From: Candidatus Sigynarchaeum calidifontis
GTDB taxonomy: Archaea > Asgardarchaeota > Lokiarchaeia > Sigyniarchaeales > Sigyniarchaeaceae
DNA length: 64,000 nucleotides
Direction: 5' to 3'
NCBI GenBank assembly: GCA_030587475.2
Contig: JAUQYZ020000078.1
Coordinates: 22,113 to 86,112, forward strand
Shown in pieces: positions 1-8,835 of this stretch. Position numbers and translations under genes: made by a program. The notes under the pieces were generated by a model, which had not been told where the DNA came from, did no database searches, and saw nothing but the letters and a program-made list of their open reading frames with translations. The stretch's first letter is position 1. Every line of letters begins with the position of its first letter.

Positions 1-4
1 TTGT

Positions 5-1132
5 TTATTTTTCTTCTAATATCGGAATGATCTGGCTTTTGAGTGCGTGCAAGGACGTGGAGATTGGAATCACGCCAAAGCTTTCGAGGACTTTTTCAAC
101 TTCATCTGAAAAAATCCTCGCGATGACGAGCGCCTTTGGATTCCTGTCCTTGAGGGTTTTCGCGAGCAATATGACATCGTCGGACTCGATAGCGATGATG
201 ATCGCTTTACTCTCCCCGTCGAACACGCCGGCCTCTTGCAATATCTTGTAATCCATCGGGTTGCCCCGAAACAGTTTCACGAGCTCCCTCTCGGTCGCGT
301 CGAGCCTGTTGTAATATTTCACGATGTCGTCGGAATCCGAGATGATGTTATTTGGGATACCCCTTCGGGTGGCGTTCATACTCACGCGCTCGGCAAAGTG
401 CGAATGACCGATGATGATTATCTCCTTGATCTTTGGATCGGCGAGATGCTCAGCAAACAAGGATTTTGCGGAGGTGGACGATGCACTGAGGATCGTCGCG
501 CCATATTTCTCGAAGACCGGCGCGAAGTTATCTTGGAAGCATCTCACGGCTATTCGCGCTTTCGATCCGAGGCTCTTCGCGAGCGTGACCATTCGCAAGT
601 TGAGCACGATGTCCTCCTCGAGCAAGAACAAGTATTTTGCTTTCTTCAATTGCACTTTCTTCGGGAATTCGTCGTCGAGCGTATCGTACAACACCGCCGG
701 TTCCTCGTCCTCGTACAATTCCGTCAGGTCGCTTTTCTGCTTCGAGACGATGATGTTCGGGATTTTTTTTTCGTTCAAGTATTCGTGCAGCCGGATACCG
801 AGGTGGTCGTATCCGAAGACGATGGCATGGTTTTTTTCCTTGCTCGCGAGGATTTCGCATGTTTTACTTGGATCGTAGTTCCGGAACGCGTCGACGGTCA
901 CCAGGCCGATGAACAGCCCGAACACGACGAACTCGCTGTATTTCGCATAGAAATGGCCGTAATCCGTTTCCAGGTCCTCCAGGTAAAAGAGATACTTGGC
1001 TGCCTGGGAGGGATCCCCGCTCATGGCGAGCAGGACCAGGTAATTCAACACGAACCAGAGCCCGATTAGCACGAGCATGTGCCGGTTTTGCTTGAGGGTT
1101 ATCTGGAACTTGACGATAGTTTTTTTCACCAC
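5..1132 (-). CDS. Membrane protein with two TrkA-N/RCK (NAD-binding) domains, potassium-channel-like
   Basis: Two N-terminal hydrophobic helices, then two Rossmann-like RCK repeats (NHAIVFGYDHLG...; IIIIGHSHFAERV...GNPMDYKILQEAGV...VIARIF). GAGGAG lies upstream of the GTG start. No TVGYG filter. Confidence 0.8.
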   Translation of the reverse strand: MVKKTIVKFQITLKQNRHMLVLIGLWFVLNYLVLLAMSGDPSQAAKYLFYLEDLETDYGHFYAKYSEFVVFGLFIGLVTVDAFRNYDPSKTCEILASKEKNHAIVFGYDHLGIRLHEYLNEKKIPNIIVSKQKSDLTELYEDEEPAVLYDTLDDEFPKKVQLKKAKYLFLLEEDIVLNLRMVTLAKSLGSKARIAVRCFQDNFAPVFEKYGATILSASSTSAKSLFAEHLADPKIKEIIIIGHSHFAERVSMNATRRGIPNNIISDSDDIVKYYNRLDATERELVKLFRGNPMDYKILQEAGVFDGESKAIIIAIESDDVILLAKTLKDRNPKALVIARIFSDEVEKVLESFGVIPISTSLHALKSQIIPILEEK

Positions 1133-1257
1133 GGTTTTTCTCCTCGTGCGATGCGATTCAAGATAATAACCGGGGCCATCGCGGATAAATATTATTTTTA
1201 TGTTCTATATAGGCACTATATAGACGAAAAAAAAGTGTAGGAAAAAACCCGATCCGG

Positions 1258-4200
1258 TCAAACATTGAAATCGAGTGGATTCTTGCAAACCCAGCACGTT
1301 TCCTTCTGCTCCGACAAGGCAATGGCACAGCGGATACAGTACTTTGTTTCGCAATAAGGACAAATGAAGGTCGTGGCCTTCAAGCTCGTGTTACAAACAA
1401 TGCAAGATTCTTTTTTCTTGAAGACACTTACCTCGCTTTCAGTTTGTGCGTCGACTTCGTGTTTTATGACCTCTTCTTGCCTTGATTCTTTCTTTTTAGC
1501 TGCAATCAAGGGCTGTTGAAGAGCGTTCGAAGGAATTGAAGTGATATTTTCTTCGGCGGTCATGGGTTCCATGACCCTGGCGAGGATGGCTCGTTTTTCG
1601 TCGATCTTTTCCGTGATCGTTTGCGATCCTTTCTGTATTTCTTCATCTAGCGCGTTGTCACCGCTTCTCCCATAGATCATTTTCTTGGATTTGAATTTCT
1701 TTGTTTTCTGCCCGATTTTCACGGAGAGGACTGCCACCACTGCAATCGCTGCTGCCACCATCACGATGATGAATAGGGGGGAGCTGAGAGCAGATTTGGG
1801 ATCGGTCTTCCAGATATTTACCTCATCTTTATCAGAAAACCCATCCCCATCAGTGTCCGGCTTGTCGGCACGTGTTCCCAACAAATATTCCTGGAGGTTA
1901 GACAATCCGTCGCTATCCAAGTCGCCGCTAGCGTCGGGCGAGGTAACGTTGAGATGGTTCATGACTTCGTATCCGTCGGGGATACCATCTCCATCTGTGT
2001 CTTTTTTCGTGGGATCGGAACCGTACACGAATATTTCATCATGATTCGCGATCCCGTCCCCGTCGTAATCCGCTGATGGCCGGTAGGCTGCCCATGGATA
2101 TACGAGCGGTTGCGGGTCTTGACCGGGCGTGGTACCGTTCAACACGTATGCCACGTTCCAAATACCCCCTATCTTCTCCGCAGTGGGATAGCGATCCCGG
2201 TAATCGTCCCAGTAATTCCCAAGCGTCCCGTTCGACCACGTGTTGTTTGTACCGAAATATCCCGTGTCGTAGAATGCGTTTGAATCGGGATTATTGACGA
2301 AAGTATTGCAATAAAACTTGTTGTGGGACGTGTTTTGCGAGAGAATTATCCCATAACCGTTATTACTGAACGTATTCTCCGCGATCGTCATCCACCTTCC
2401 ATTAAAGCACATGATTCCAGATTCCTTGTTGTATGAGATGTCATTTCCAATCAGCTGGCTACGCCATATCATTGACAAGTAGACCCCGTACAGACTTGCG
2501 CCTCGTACCGTGTTATCCTGGAAAGTTAACTTATCCACTGCCGAAAGGCAAGCGCCTAGTTCCCTGCAATCAAGCAAGTTATTGCTTGCAATGTAAGAAT
2601 CGTTGCAGTAATTTACAAATATGCCCCAAAAGCAGCGATTTGCCGTGCTCGTAGTGATCCTACATGCAGTTGAATATTGAAAGTTGATTCCCCAGTCACA
2701 GTCGGAAAAGTCGCTGGCCGTGATTGTCGTGTTCACGGAGGCCTCTATGGTTATCCCTGAAAGGTGGTTCCCGCTGGCTTTTATCGAGGCAATACTGGTA
2801 TTGATGCAATGGTATGCATAAATGCCATGGGAACCACGACTCACGTTCTGGCCAAGCACGCGGGAATTGCTGCAGTTGACCAGGATGATCTGGCCCGCGT
2901 TGGAGAAGTCGGCTTCGATCAACCCGGATCGATTAACATAATACCGGAGAAATCGCCCGTTTACCGTGTTTGACGTGTTGATGTCGAGGGTTTTGCATTG
3001 GTTGATATCTGCATTCAATACCAGACCGCCGTTTATGAATGCATTGGAAATCAAGACGATGTCGGTGCTATTCTCGATCAAAATACCCTCGTAACAATTC
3101 CGCAGCGTATTCCCTAAGACCGTGCAATTCATCGATGCCTTGATTAAGAGGCCGGCACTCGAGAAATAGCTGAGCGTAGAATTGGACACCAAGACATCTT
3201 TGCAATAATATATGATGATGCCATTCGACGCGCTGGTGCAATTGATGTTCGAAATCACGGACGAGTTGCAGTTCACAACGATGATTTCACCAGCGTTCGT
3301 GAAATTCGCCGCGGCGAGGCCATTTTGATCATGATAGTAGTATAATGGCTTGCCATTGACCTCGTTCGTGGTGTCGATCGAATAGGAGGAAATCTCGCTT
3401 CGGCTCCCCGAAATCATGAGGCTTGCGTTAATCATTATATTAGAGACCATCGTCACACCAATCGATGTATCGAGAGAAATGCCGAGATATCCCGTTCCGA
3501 TCACCTGGTTCGAATCCAGGATGATTCCCCCCGGCGAGCCAATGAGCGATATGCCGAGATAGGTAGAATTTATGACACGGTTTTCCTTGATTGTGAGGTT
3601 ATCCGAGTAGAGGATCTGGTTAGCGAGGTAATTATTGACGAACCAGTTTCTTTCTATCGTGGTGTTCGTCTCATCTTGAAGGAGCAGGCCATTGATACGG
3701 TTATCCATGATGTGATTAGACGAGATGTTGTTATCCTCGCAATTAGACCAGAGGTGAATGCCGTTGACGAAGTTTTTCTTGATGGTATTATTGTAAACGG
3801 TTAAATTCGAAGAGGCGGTAATGTAAATGCCAACATACGAGTTGAACGATATCACGTTATCGGTAAACGTGCAGCGCCGGTTGTTTAGCATAACTTGTAT
3901 CCCTCCCGTATTATAGCGGGCGATGCAGTTCCGCACCATGATGTTCGCACATCCTTGCAGTTTTATCCCGGCAGAACCCCACTGGTCCTGGTATGCTGTG
4001 ATTACGGTACAATTTTCGATGATCACGTACCTGTCAACGTTCACGAGTCGGATGCAATAATCGCCACCGAACGCCGAGATCTTGAAATCCTTTATGCGGT
4101 GCGCGGTGGCCGGGGTTAACCCATCAGTGCCGTTGCCACCATTGCCACAAAACGCGTCCATTGCATCGTTGCCTACTATATTTATGGGCGTATGCGTGCC

Positions 4201-5076
4201 GCTAATGTCGTAGACCGGCATCGTGTCAACGGCACCAGCATATCCAAGTATCTCGTAAGGCGTGTTCCAGAGGATACCATCGTTGGTTGCATTTGGATAC
4301 CGCGTTGCATAATCGCTGTACCGGTTTCCGATCGGGGAATCCCACACGTTACCCACCCCATCATCCCAAGCTTGAGCAACGATATTTAACCCGAAATAAT
4401 TGAGGGAAACCTTGTTTTCGAACGAGTTGGGATCGATATATATCCCCCGCAAGTTCGACGTGCACGTGTTGAATGAAAAGGTATTTTGGCTCGATTCCTC
4501 CAAAAAGATGCCATGTCGCGTGTTATGCTCGATGCGGTTGCGGCTTACAACCGAAGAGCCCGTATAACGGAACCAAATCCCGTGATACATGTTATCGTGG
4601 ATGTAATTGTCTTCGATGGTGATCGCTGTCGATAATATGAGCCAGATACCTACCAAGCAGTTATATATCGTGCAATTCTTGATCTTGAAGTTTTGGCAAT
4701 TCCATATCTCGATGCCACTGTCGTAATCCGAGATCAAGCTTCCAGAATTGTATAACGTGCAATTTTGGATGATGACATGGTACGAGTTGACGTTCCGTAT
4801 CTCGATGCATGAGACGCTGTCGGTACCGTCGATCTGGAAGTTTTGAATGATGAATGGATCGCCCATGGTTCCAGAGCCCGTTTTATTAGGGAACGAGGCC
4901 ATGGCTGCATCGCCGTTTATCAGAATTGGATTTAGGGCCGGTGAAGCGCAGATGTGCTTCTCATCCAAACCAGAAAAGCGAGGTCCCGTGTTATCTTGCT
5001 TTATCATCAAGGTACCCGTAATGATCGCCGCAATTACAATGGCCATAATCCTTTTCCTAGTTATTGCCCGCAGCAT
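1258..5076 (-). CDS. Large cell-surface right-handed beta-helix (NosD/CASH/PbH1) protein with Ca-binding DxDGDG repeats, C-terminal TM helix and cytosolic Cys8 RING-like finger
   Basis: N-terminal signal/anchor (RKRIMAIVIAAIITGTLMI); many GIxL-xxS-xN-xI-xxN repeats; many N-x-S/T sequons; DxDGDG repeats; TM LFIIVMVAAAIAVVAVLSV; terminal CxxC-x10-CxxC-x4-CxxC-x10-CxxC. ATG 5076 preferred over GTG 5115. Confidence 0.85.
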   Translation of the reverse strand: MLRAITRKRIMAIVIAAIITGTLMIKQDNTGPRFSGLDEKHICASPALNPILINGDAAMASFPNKTGSGTMGDPFIIQNFQIDGTDSVSCIEIRNVNSYHVIIQNCTLYNSGSLISDYDSGIEIWNCQNFKIKNCTIYNCLVGIWLILSTAITIEDNYIHDNMYHGIWFRYTGSSVVSRNRIEHNTRHGIFLEESSQNTFSFNTCTSNLRGIYIDPNSFENKVSLNYFGLNIVAQAWDDGVGNVWDSPIGNRYSDYATRYPNATNDGILWNTPYEILGYAGAVDTMPVYDISGTHTPINIVGNDAMDAFCGNGGNGTDGLTPATAHRIKDFKISAFGGDYCIRLVNVDRYVIIENCTVITAYQDQWGSAGIKLQGCANIMVRNCIARYNTGGIQVMLNNRRCTFTDNVISFNSYVGIYITASSNLTVYNNTIKKNFVNGIHLWSNCEDNNISSNHIMDNRINGLLLQDETNTTIERNWFVNNYLANQILYSDNLTIKENRVINSTYLGISLIGSPGGIILDSNQVIGTGYLGISLDTSIGVTMVSNIMINASLMISGSRSEISSYSIDTTNEVNGKPLYYYHDQNGLAAANFTNAGEIIVVNCNSSVISNINCTSASNGIIIYYCKDVLVSNSTLSYFSSAGLLIKASMNCTVLGNTLRNCYEGILIENSTDIVLISNAFINGGLVLNADINQCKTLDINTSNTVNGRFLRYYVNRSGLIEADFSNAGQIILVNCSNSRVLGQNVSRGSHGIYAYHCINTSIASIKASGNHLSGITIEASVNTTITASDFSDCDWGINFQYSTACRITTSTANRCFWGIFVNYCNDSYIASNNLLDCRELGACLSAVDKLTFQDNTVRGASLYGVYLSMIWRSQLIGNDISYNKESGIMCFNGRWMTIAENTFSNNGYGIILSQNTSHNKFYCNTFVNNPDSNAFYDTGYFGTNNTWSNGTLGNYWDDYRDRYPTAEKIGGIWNVAYVLNGTTPGQDPQPLVYPWAAYRPSADYDGDGIANHDEIFVYGSDPTKKDTDGDGIPDGYEVMNHLNVTSPDASGDLDSDGLSNLQEYLLGTRADKPDTDGDGFSDKDEVNIWKTDPKSALSSPLFIIVMVAAAIAVVAVLSVKIGQKTKKFKSKKMIYGRSGDNALDEEIQKGSQTITEKIDEKRAILARVMEPMTAEENITSIPSNALQQPLIAAKKKESRQEEVIKHEVDAQTESEVSVFKKKESCIVCNTSLKATTFICPYCETKYCIRCAIALSEQKETCWVCKNPLDFNV
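1822..2070 (-). repeat. Four thrombospondin type-3-like DxDxDG Ca-binding repeats (intragenic)
   Basis: DYDGDGIANHDE, DTDGDGIPDGYE, DLDSDGLSNLQE and DTDGDGFSDKDE in the translation. Confidence 0.85.
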
Positions 5077-5186
5077 GTCATCTTCGCCCGATGTATATAC
5101 TCGTGCCAGCAGCACGCGTTGTCATTCATGTTTAGTACCAATAGCTTTAATATATATATTCACCGGATGGGGTGAATTTGGCTTAT

Positions 5187-6863
5187 CTATTGTGACAGTG
5201 AATCCCTTTCGAGCAGTTCCCCGGGAAGCAAAAGGAGCAAGTCCGACAAGGAAATCTTGGCACGGCTCGCGATCTGTGAAAAAATGTCTTCCAGGTGAAA
5301 CTGGGTCCCGATAATGCCCTCCTTTTGCATCTGGGCGATGGCATTGAGAACACGTTGCTGGTTCGATGTTAGCAAATTTCGGAGCTCGTAGCTGATGTTG
5401 GCGAGGCGATAATTCATGTTAACATGGCTAACCGGCAGTGGCGTGAAAATATCGTCGTAAAGCTTCCGTCCCATGTCGTTGAAGACGTTTACCTCGCCGT
5501 TATAATTGTCTAGCTTGGAAGCAAATACATTTTCGAAAGAATCAATATATTGCTCGACTTTTTTCAAGATCTCTTCGGTCAATTCACGCAATGAATGGAT
5601 GATGCATTTCACGCGATTGCCATGGGCGATCGTGAGATTCAAGCTGCCATATTTGATTTTTTCGACGTTTTTCTTCTCGTCCTGGCTGGTCGTGTACACT
5701 TGATTCCGTAAAATATCGAGCACGTGGAACATGCCGGAAAGCATCTCGATGTTGTCGATGCTCCCGACACCCATTTTCTCGTTTGGCAGGTGATAGAAGA
5801 CCGGCTGGCTGGCAAATATGATGATAAGTTCCGTTATGGAGGAGAGCTCCTCTACGATGGCCTGCGTTTGGTGGATATCTACCTCGTGCAGCTCTTCCTG
5901 GAGCTCCCGCAGGACTGCCTTTGCTACGGGAAGATCTATACGCAAGTCGATAACAAGCTTGCTTAGGGATCGTGGTGCCAGGTATCTCCTCTTTTTTTCG
6001 AAGAGATCCGCGTGTTTCTTGCGCACGGACTCGACAGCTTCCTTGGAGACGCCTTCCACATTATTCAAGTCTTCCCACTCGTCCAGGATGTCCTTGACAA
6101 ACAATGGATCTAGTCCGTGCCGGATCATGAGATCCCGGTTGTATCCAAGGAAGTGCCGGCCTCCTTGATTCATCGCGCGCATGCAAAAAACCTCGTCGGC
6201 GATCAAGTACTTCAAACCTGTTTTTTTGTCCAGGAACTTCCAGGATTGTATATCCCTCTTGAGATTCAATATCTCGCTCCGCACGGTGTTTTTCGATAGT
6301 ACTGCTCGCGTGTCACGCCGGTAAAGATCGACTGCACATGTCATTTCGAAAAACATGGATTCAATGCTCTTCTCGATGCCCTTGTTGTTCTGTACGTTCC
6401 ATTCAATGAGGTGCGATTCAGCGGGCTTGAATGTCTTGGCGATAAAATGTTTTAACGCGACCATCCCGAAGTATGATACCTGACGGGGCAGGTCCTGGTT
6501 GATGGTTATGCCAATGATGGCAAGCGGCGGGCATACGAGTTTTTTCTCGAGAATTGCCTGAAAATAAGGGATGAAGTCCCCGAAATGCTCGTTGTTCTGG
6601 ACGTTGATGATCAAGACGATGCAATCCGCGTCGCTGAATTCTTTCGGGATCGCGATCATCTCGAGGCTGGAAGGAAATGCAGCAAACGCCCGTATCAAGC
6701 AATCGGACACGTGGTACGGGTAGTAGAACATCCCCGACGTGCGGGGAAATTCGATGCGCGAGTTGAAGAATTGTTTGAAGAAGGGAAACAATGCTTCCGT
6801 CTTCTCTCCCAGGAACACGAAGTTATACATCTGTTGCTTGACCTGGGTCTCGGTATCAGCCAT
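5187..6863 (-). CDS. Multidomain protein: degenerate small-GTPase-like N-terminal domain plus longin-like domain (Asgard-type)
   Basis: N-terminus follows Ras/Rab strand order (YNFVFLG; DADCIVLIINV; PPLAIIG; RQVS; LIEWNVQNNKGIEKSIESM) without G1/G3/G4 consensus. Residues ~343-475 match the Asgard longin pattern (MLSGMF...IKYGSLNLTIAHG...FENVFASKLDNYNGEVNVF). Confidence 0.6.
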   Translation of the reverse strand: MADTETQVKQQMYNFVFLGEKTEALFPFFKQFFNSRIEFPRTSGMFYYPYHVSDCLIRAFAAFPSSLEMIAIPKEFSDADCIVLIINVQNNEHFGDFIPYFQAILEKKLVCPPLAIIGITINQDLPRQVSYFGMVALKHFIAKTFKPAESHLIEWNVQNNKGIEKSIESMFFEMTCAVDLYRRDTRAVLSKNTVRSEILNLKRDIQSWKFLDKKTGLKYLIADEVFCMRAMNQGGRHFLGYNRDLMIRHGLDPLFVKDILDEWEDLNNVEGVSKEAVESVRKKHADLFEKKRRYLAPRSLSKLVIDLRIDLPVAKAVLRELQEELHEVDIHQTQAIVEELSSITELIIIFASQPVFYHLPNEKMGVGSIDNIEMLSGMFHVLDILRNQVYTTSQDEKKNVEKIKYGSLNLTIAHGNRVKCIIHSLRELTEEILKKVEQYIDSFENVFASKLDNYNGEVNVFNDMGRKLYDDIFTPLPVSHVNMNYRLANISYELRNLLTSNQQRVLNAIAQMQKEGIIGTQFHLEDIFSQIASRAKISLSDLLLLLPGELLERDSLSQ

Positions 6864-6966
6864 CGAGCTTCCCGACTTGCCAATCGATGCTTTTCACGGC
6901 GTAATGAACCTTAAAATCCTTTCGGTCGCTAGGATGCCACCAATGGATTTGTAAACGGTGAAATGA

Positions 6967-7860
6967 ATGAGCGACGAGCACTTTCAGAAGGGGGATAATG
7001 CTATAAGAGCGGCGTTCTCGGAACGCGCAGGCTCGCGATTGATCTCGTTGCTCGTCTTTATCATGATGCTCGGAGCCGGTTATTTGTTCTCGGAATATAT
7101 GGCTTATCCCATAGCGTTCACGTTCACGATCACGGAAACCGGCCAGCTCGCGGTTTTCTTGATCTATCTCGGTGACCTTCTCGAGATCGTGACGTGGTCT
7201 TTCGGTCTCGTCATCGCCGGCTTTTTTCTCTTCGCAGTAAACGTCAGGACGTGGGAATGGCAATCCCTCATTTCCCCGCGCAAGAAAGAGGTCTTGTTCC
7301 ATCTATTTATCATTGCAACCATCTTGATAGCAGGGGGCAACATTGTCCACGTGCTGTTCAACACGTTCAACGGAATGGTCGAGGATGTTGCAGGTACAAA
7401 TGTAGATGGAATGAACCTCTTCGTGCTCGTGTATTTCATCGACGAACAAGTGTCCCACGCGATGATTCATTGTGGAATCATGCTTATCCTTGGCGTCGTG
7501 CTCGCATCCGAGCCCGTCGCCGACCTTCCTGGCGAGGTGACGAGTGCCAAGGCGAGGGCGACCATGCTTGCAATGCTCCTCGGCTTCGCTATGGGGGCGA
7601 TACAAGCGCTCGCGGCGCTGGAGGGACAGTGCGCGCTCATCGTGCTTGCCGGGTCGTGGGCCATCCTCATCACGTCGCTATCCGTCCATTACAAGCTGGG
7701 AAGCCGCAGTTTCGACACGCTGCGTCCATTCGAGCGTCCCAATCTCGGGTTCCTCTTTTGCCTCGTGGTCTCGTTAACAATCGTGGTAGTGCTATGGGGC
7801 TTGATATTCGGCTTCTGGCCAGCCTATCCGTTCTTCAAGCAACCAGGGGAGTTGTTCTGA
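6967..7860 (+). CDS. Polytopic membrane protein, CLN6-like (paralog 1)
   Basis: About 7 TM; motifs LGD, GNIVHVLFNTFN, YFIDEQVSH, LEGQ and W...YP...P line up in order with recalled human CLN6 motifs. Confidence 0.6.
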   Translation: MSDEHFQKGDNAIRAAFSERAGSRLISLLVFIMMLGAGYLFSEYMAYPIAFTFTITETGQLAVFLIYLGDLLEIVTWSFGLVIAGFFLFAVNVRTWEWQSLISPRKKEVLFHLFIIATILIAGGNIVHVLFNTFNGMVEDVAGTNVDGMNLFVLVYFIDEQVSHAMIHCGIMLILGVVLASEPVADLPGEVTSAKARATMLAMLLGFAMGAIQALAALEGQCALIVLAGSWAILITSLSVHYKLGSRSFDTLRPFERPNLGFLFCLVVSLTIVVVLWGLIFGFWPAYPFFKQPGELF

Positions 7861-8766
7861 ATGGGACTCCAACGGCTTAAGCATCGTTTCGGAATACTGT
7901 ACGACGGCGTCCTGGCCAACACGCGGCTGGAAACGCGCTTTTTGCTTGCATACCTATTAGCCTTGCTCGTTTCGCACCTTGTCGTGTCTATATTCAAATT
8001 CGCGAACGGTATCATCCAGATCCGATATTATATGCTGGACGGCTATTACACCTTTGGAACGGCATCTATGCCCGCCTATACCGTGGCCGAGATGATCGCG
8101 TTCGGTCCGGCGATGACGGTTATCATGACATGGTGCTTCCGAAAGGTACTTGCGAGTTGGCGCTCGGCCGGGTTGATGCCCGCGAAAAAAGCACGCGTGC
8201 TAGAACTGCTGTTCGTCGTTTCTGTTTCGCTGTTCAACGCGGGCATCCTGGTCAACCGCCTTTTCAACGTCGTGAGCGCCCAGGCGAAAGCTTTCTACGA
8301 AGCAATGGGGTTCGGGTACCAGAATTACGTATTCGCGTATTTTCTCGACGAGATCGTTGGCCATCTGCTCATGAATTCCGGGCTCGTGTTGTTCTACTTC
8401 GTGATGGCGATCGCCGCGCCGCGGGATTCCATTCCCCTATCCCGGCCCGAGCACGCGCTCAACGGGGGGGAGAGATTGCTGGTGCTCGCGTCGTCGGGCG
8501 TTCACGCGGCCATCTTCTCGATCGAGAACCTGGAAGGCCAGAGCATGGCATTCACACTTGCCTTGACTGGATCGTTGGCTTGCGTGCTTTTTTTAGCCAT
8601 GGTGGCTAGGCATAACAAGATTTCTATCATGAACCGGCCGTTTCTCATGTTTCTCACTACCCAGCTCGTGGTGATGCTCCTCTTCGCGACGATGTGGGGC
8701 ATCGCGCTCGGCGTGAAGCCATACTACCCGTACTTCTACGAGCCGTCCGAGCTTGCTTCGCCTTGA
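7861..8766 (+). CDS. Polytopic membrane protein, CLN6-like (paralog 2)
   Basis: Starts immediately after paralog 1 (TGA-ATG); motifs YFLDEIVGH, LEGQ and MWG...PYYPYFYEPSEL. Confidence 0.6.
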   Translation: MGLQRLKHRFGILYDGVLANTRLETRFLLAYLLALLVSHLVVSIFKFANGIIQIRYYMLDGYYTFGTASMPAYTVAEMIAFGPAMTVIMTWCFRKVLASWRSAGLMPAKKARVLELLFVVSVSLFNAGILVNRLFNVVSAQAKAFYEAMGFGYQNYVFAYFLDEIVGHLLMNSGLVLFYFVMAIAAPRDSIPLSRPEHALNGGERLLVLASSGVHAAIFSIENLEGQSMAFTLALTGSLACVLFLAMVARHNKISIMNRPFLMFLTTQLVVMLLFATMWGIALGVKPYYPYFYEPSELASP

Positions 8767-8835
8767 ATTCGATGGCATGCCGAGTAGCAAGTACAAATAA
8801 AATGCCACCACGCGTATTCTCTATTGGAAGATATT

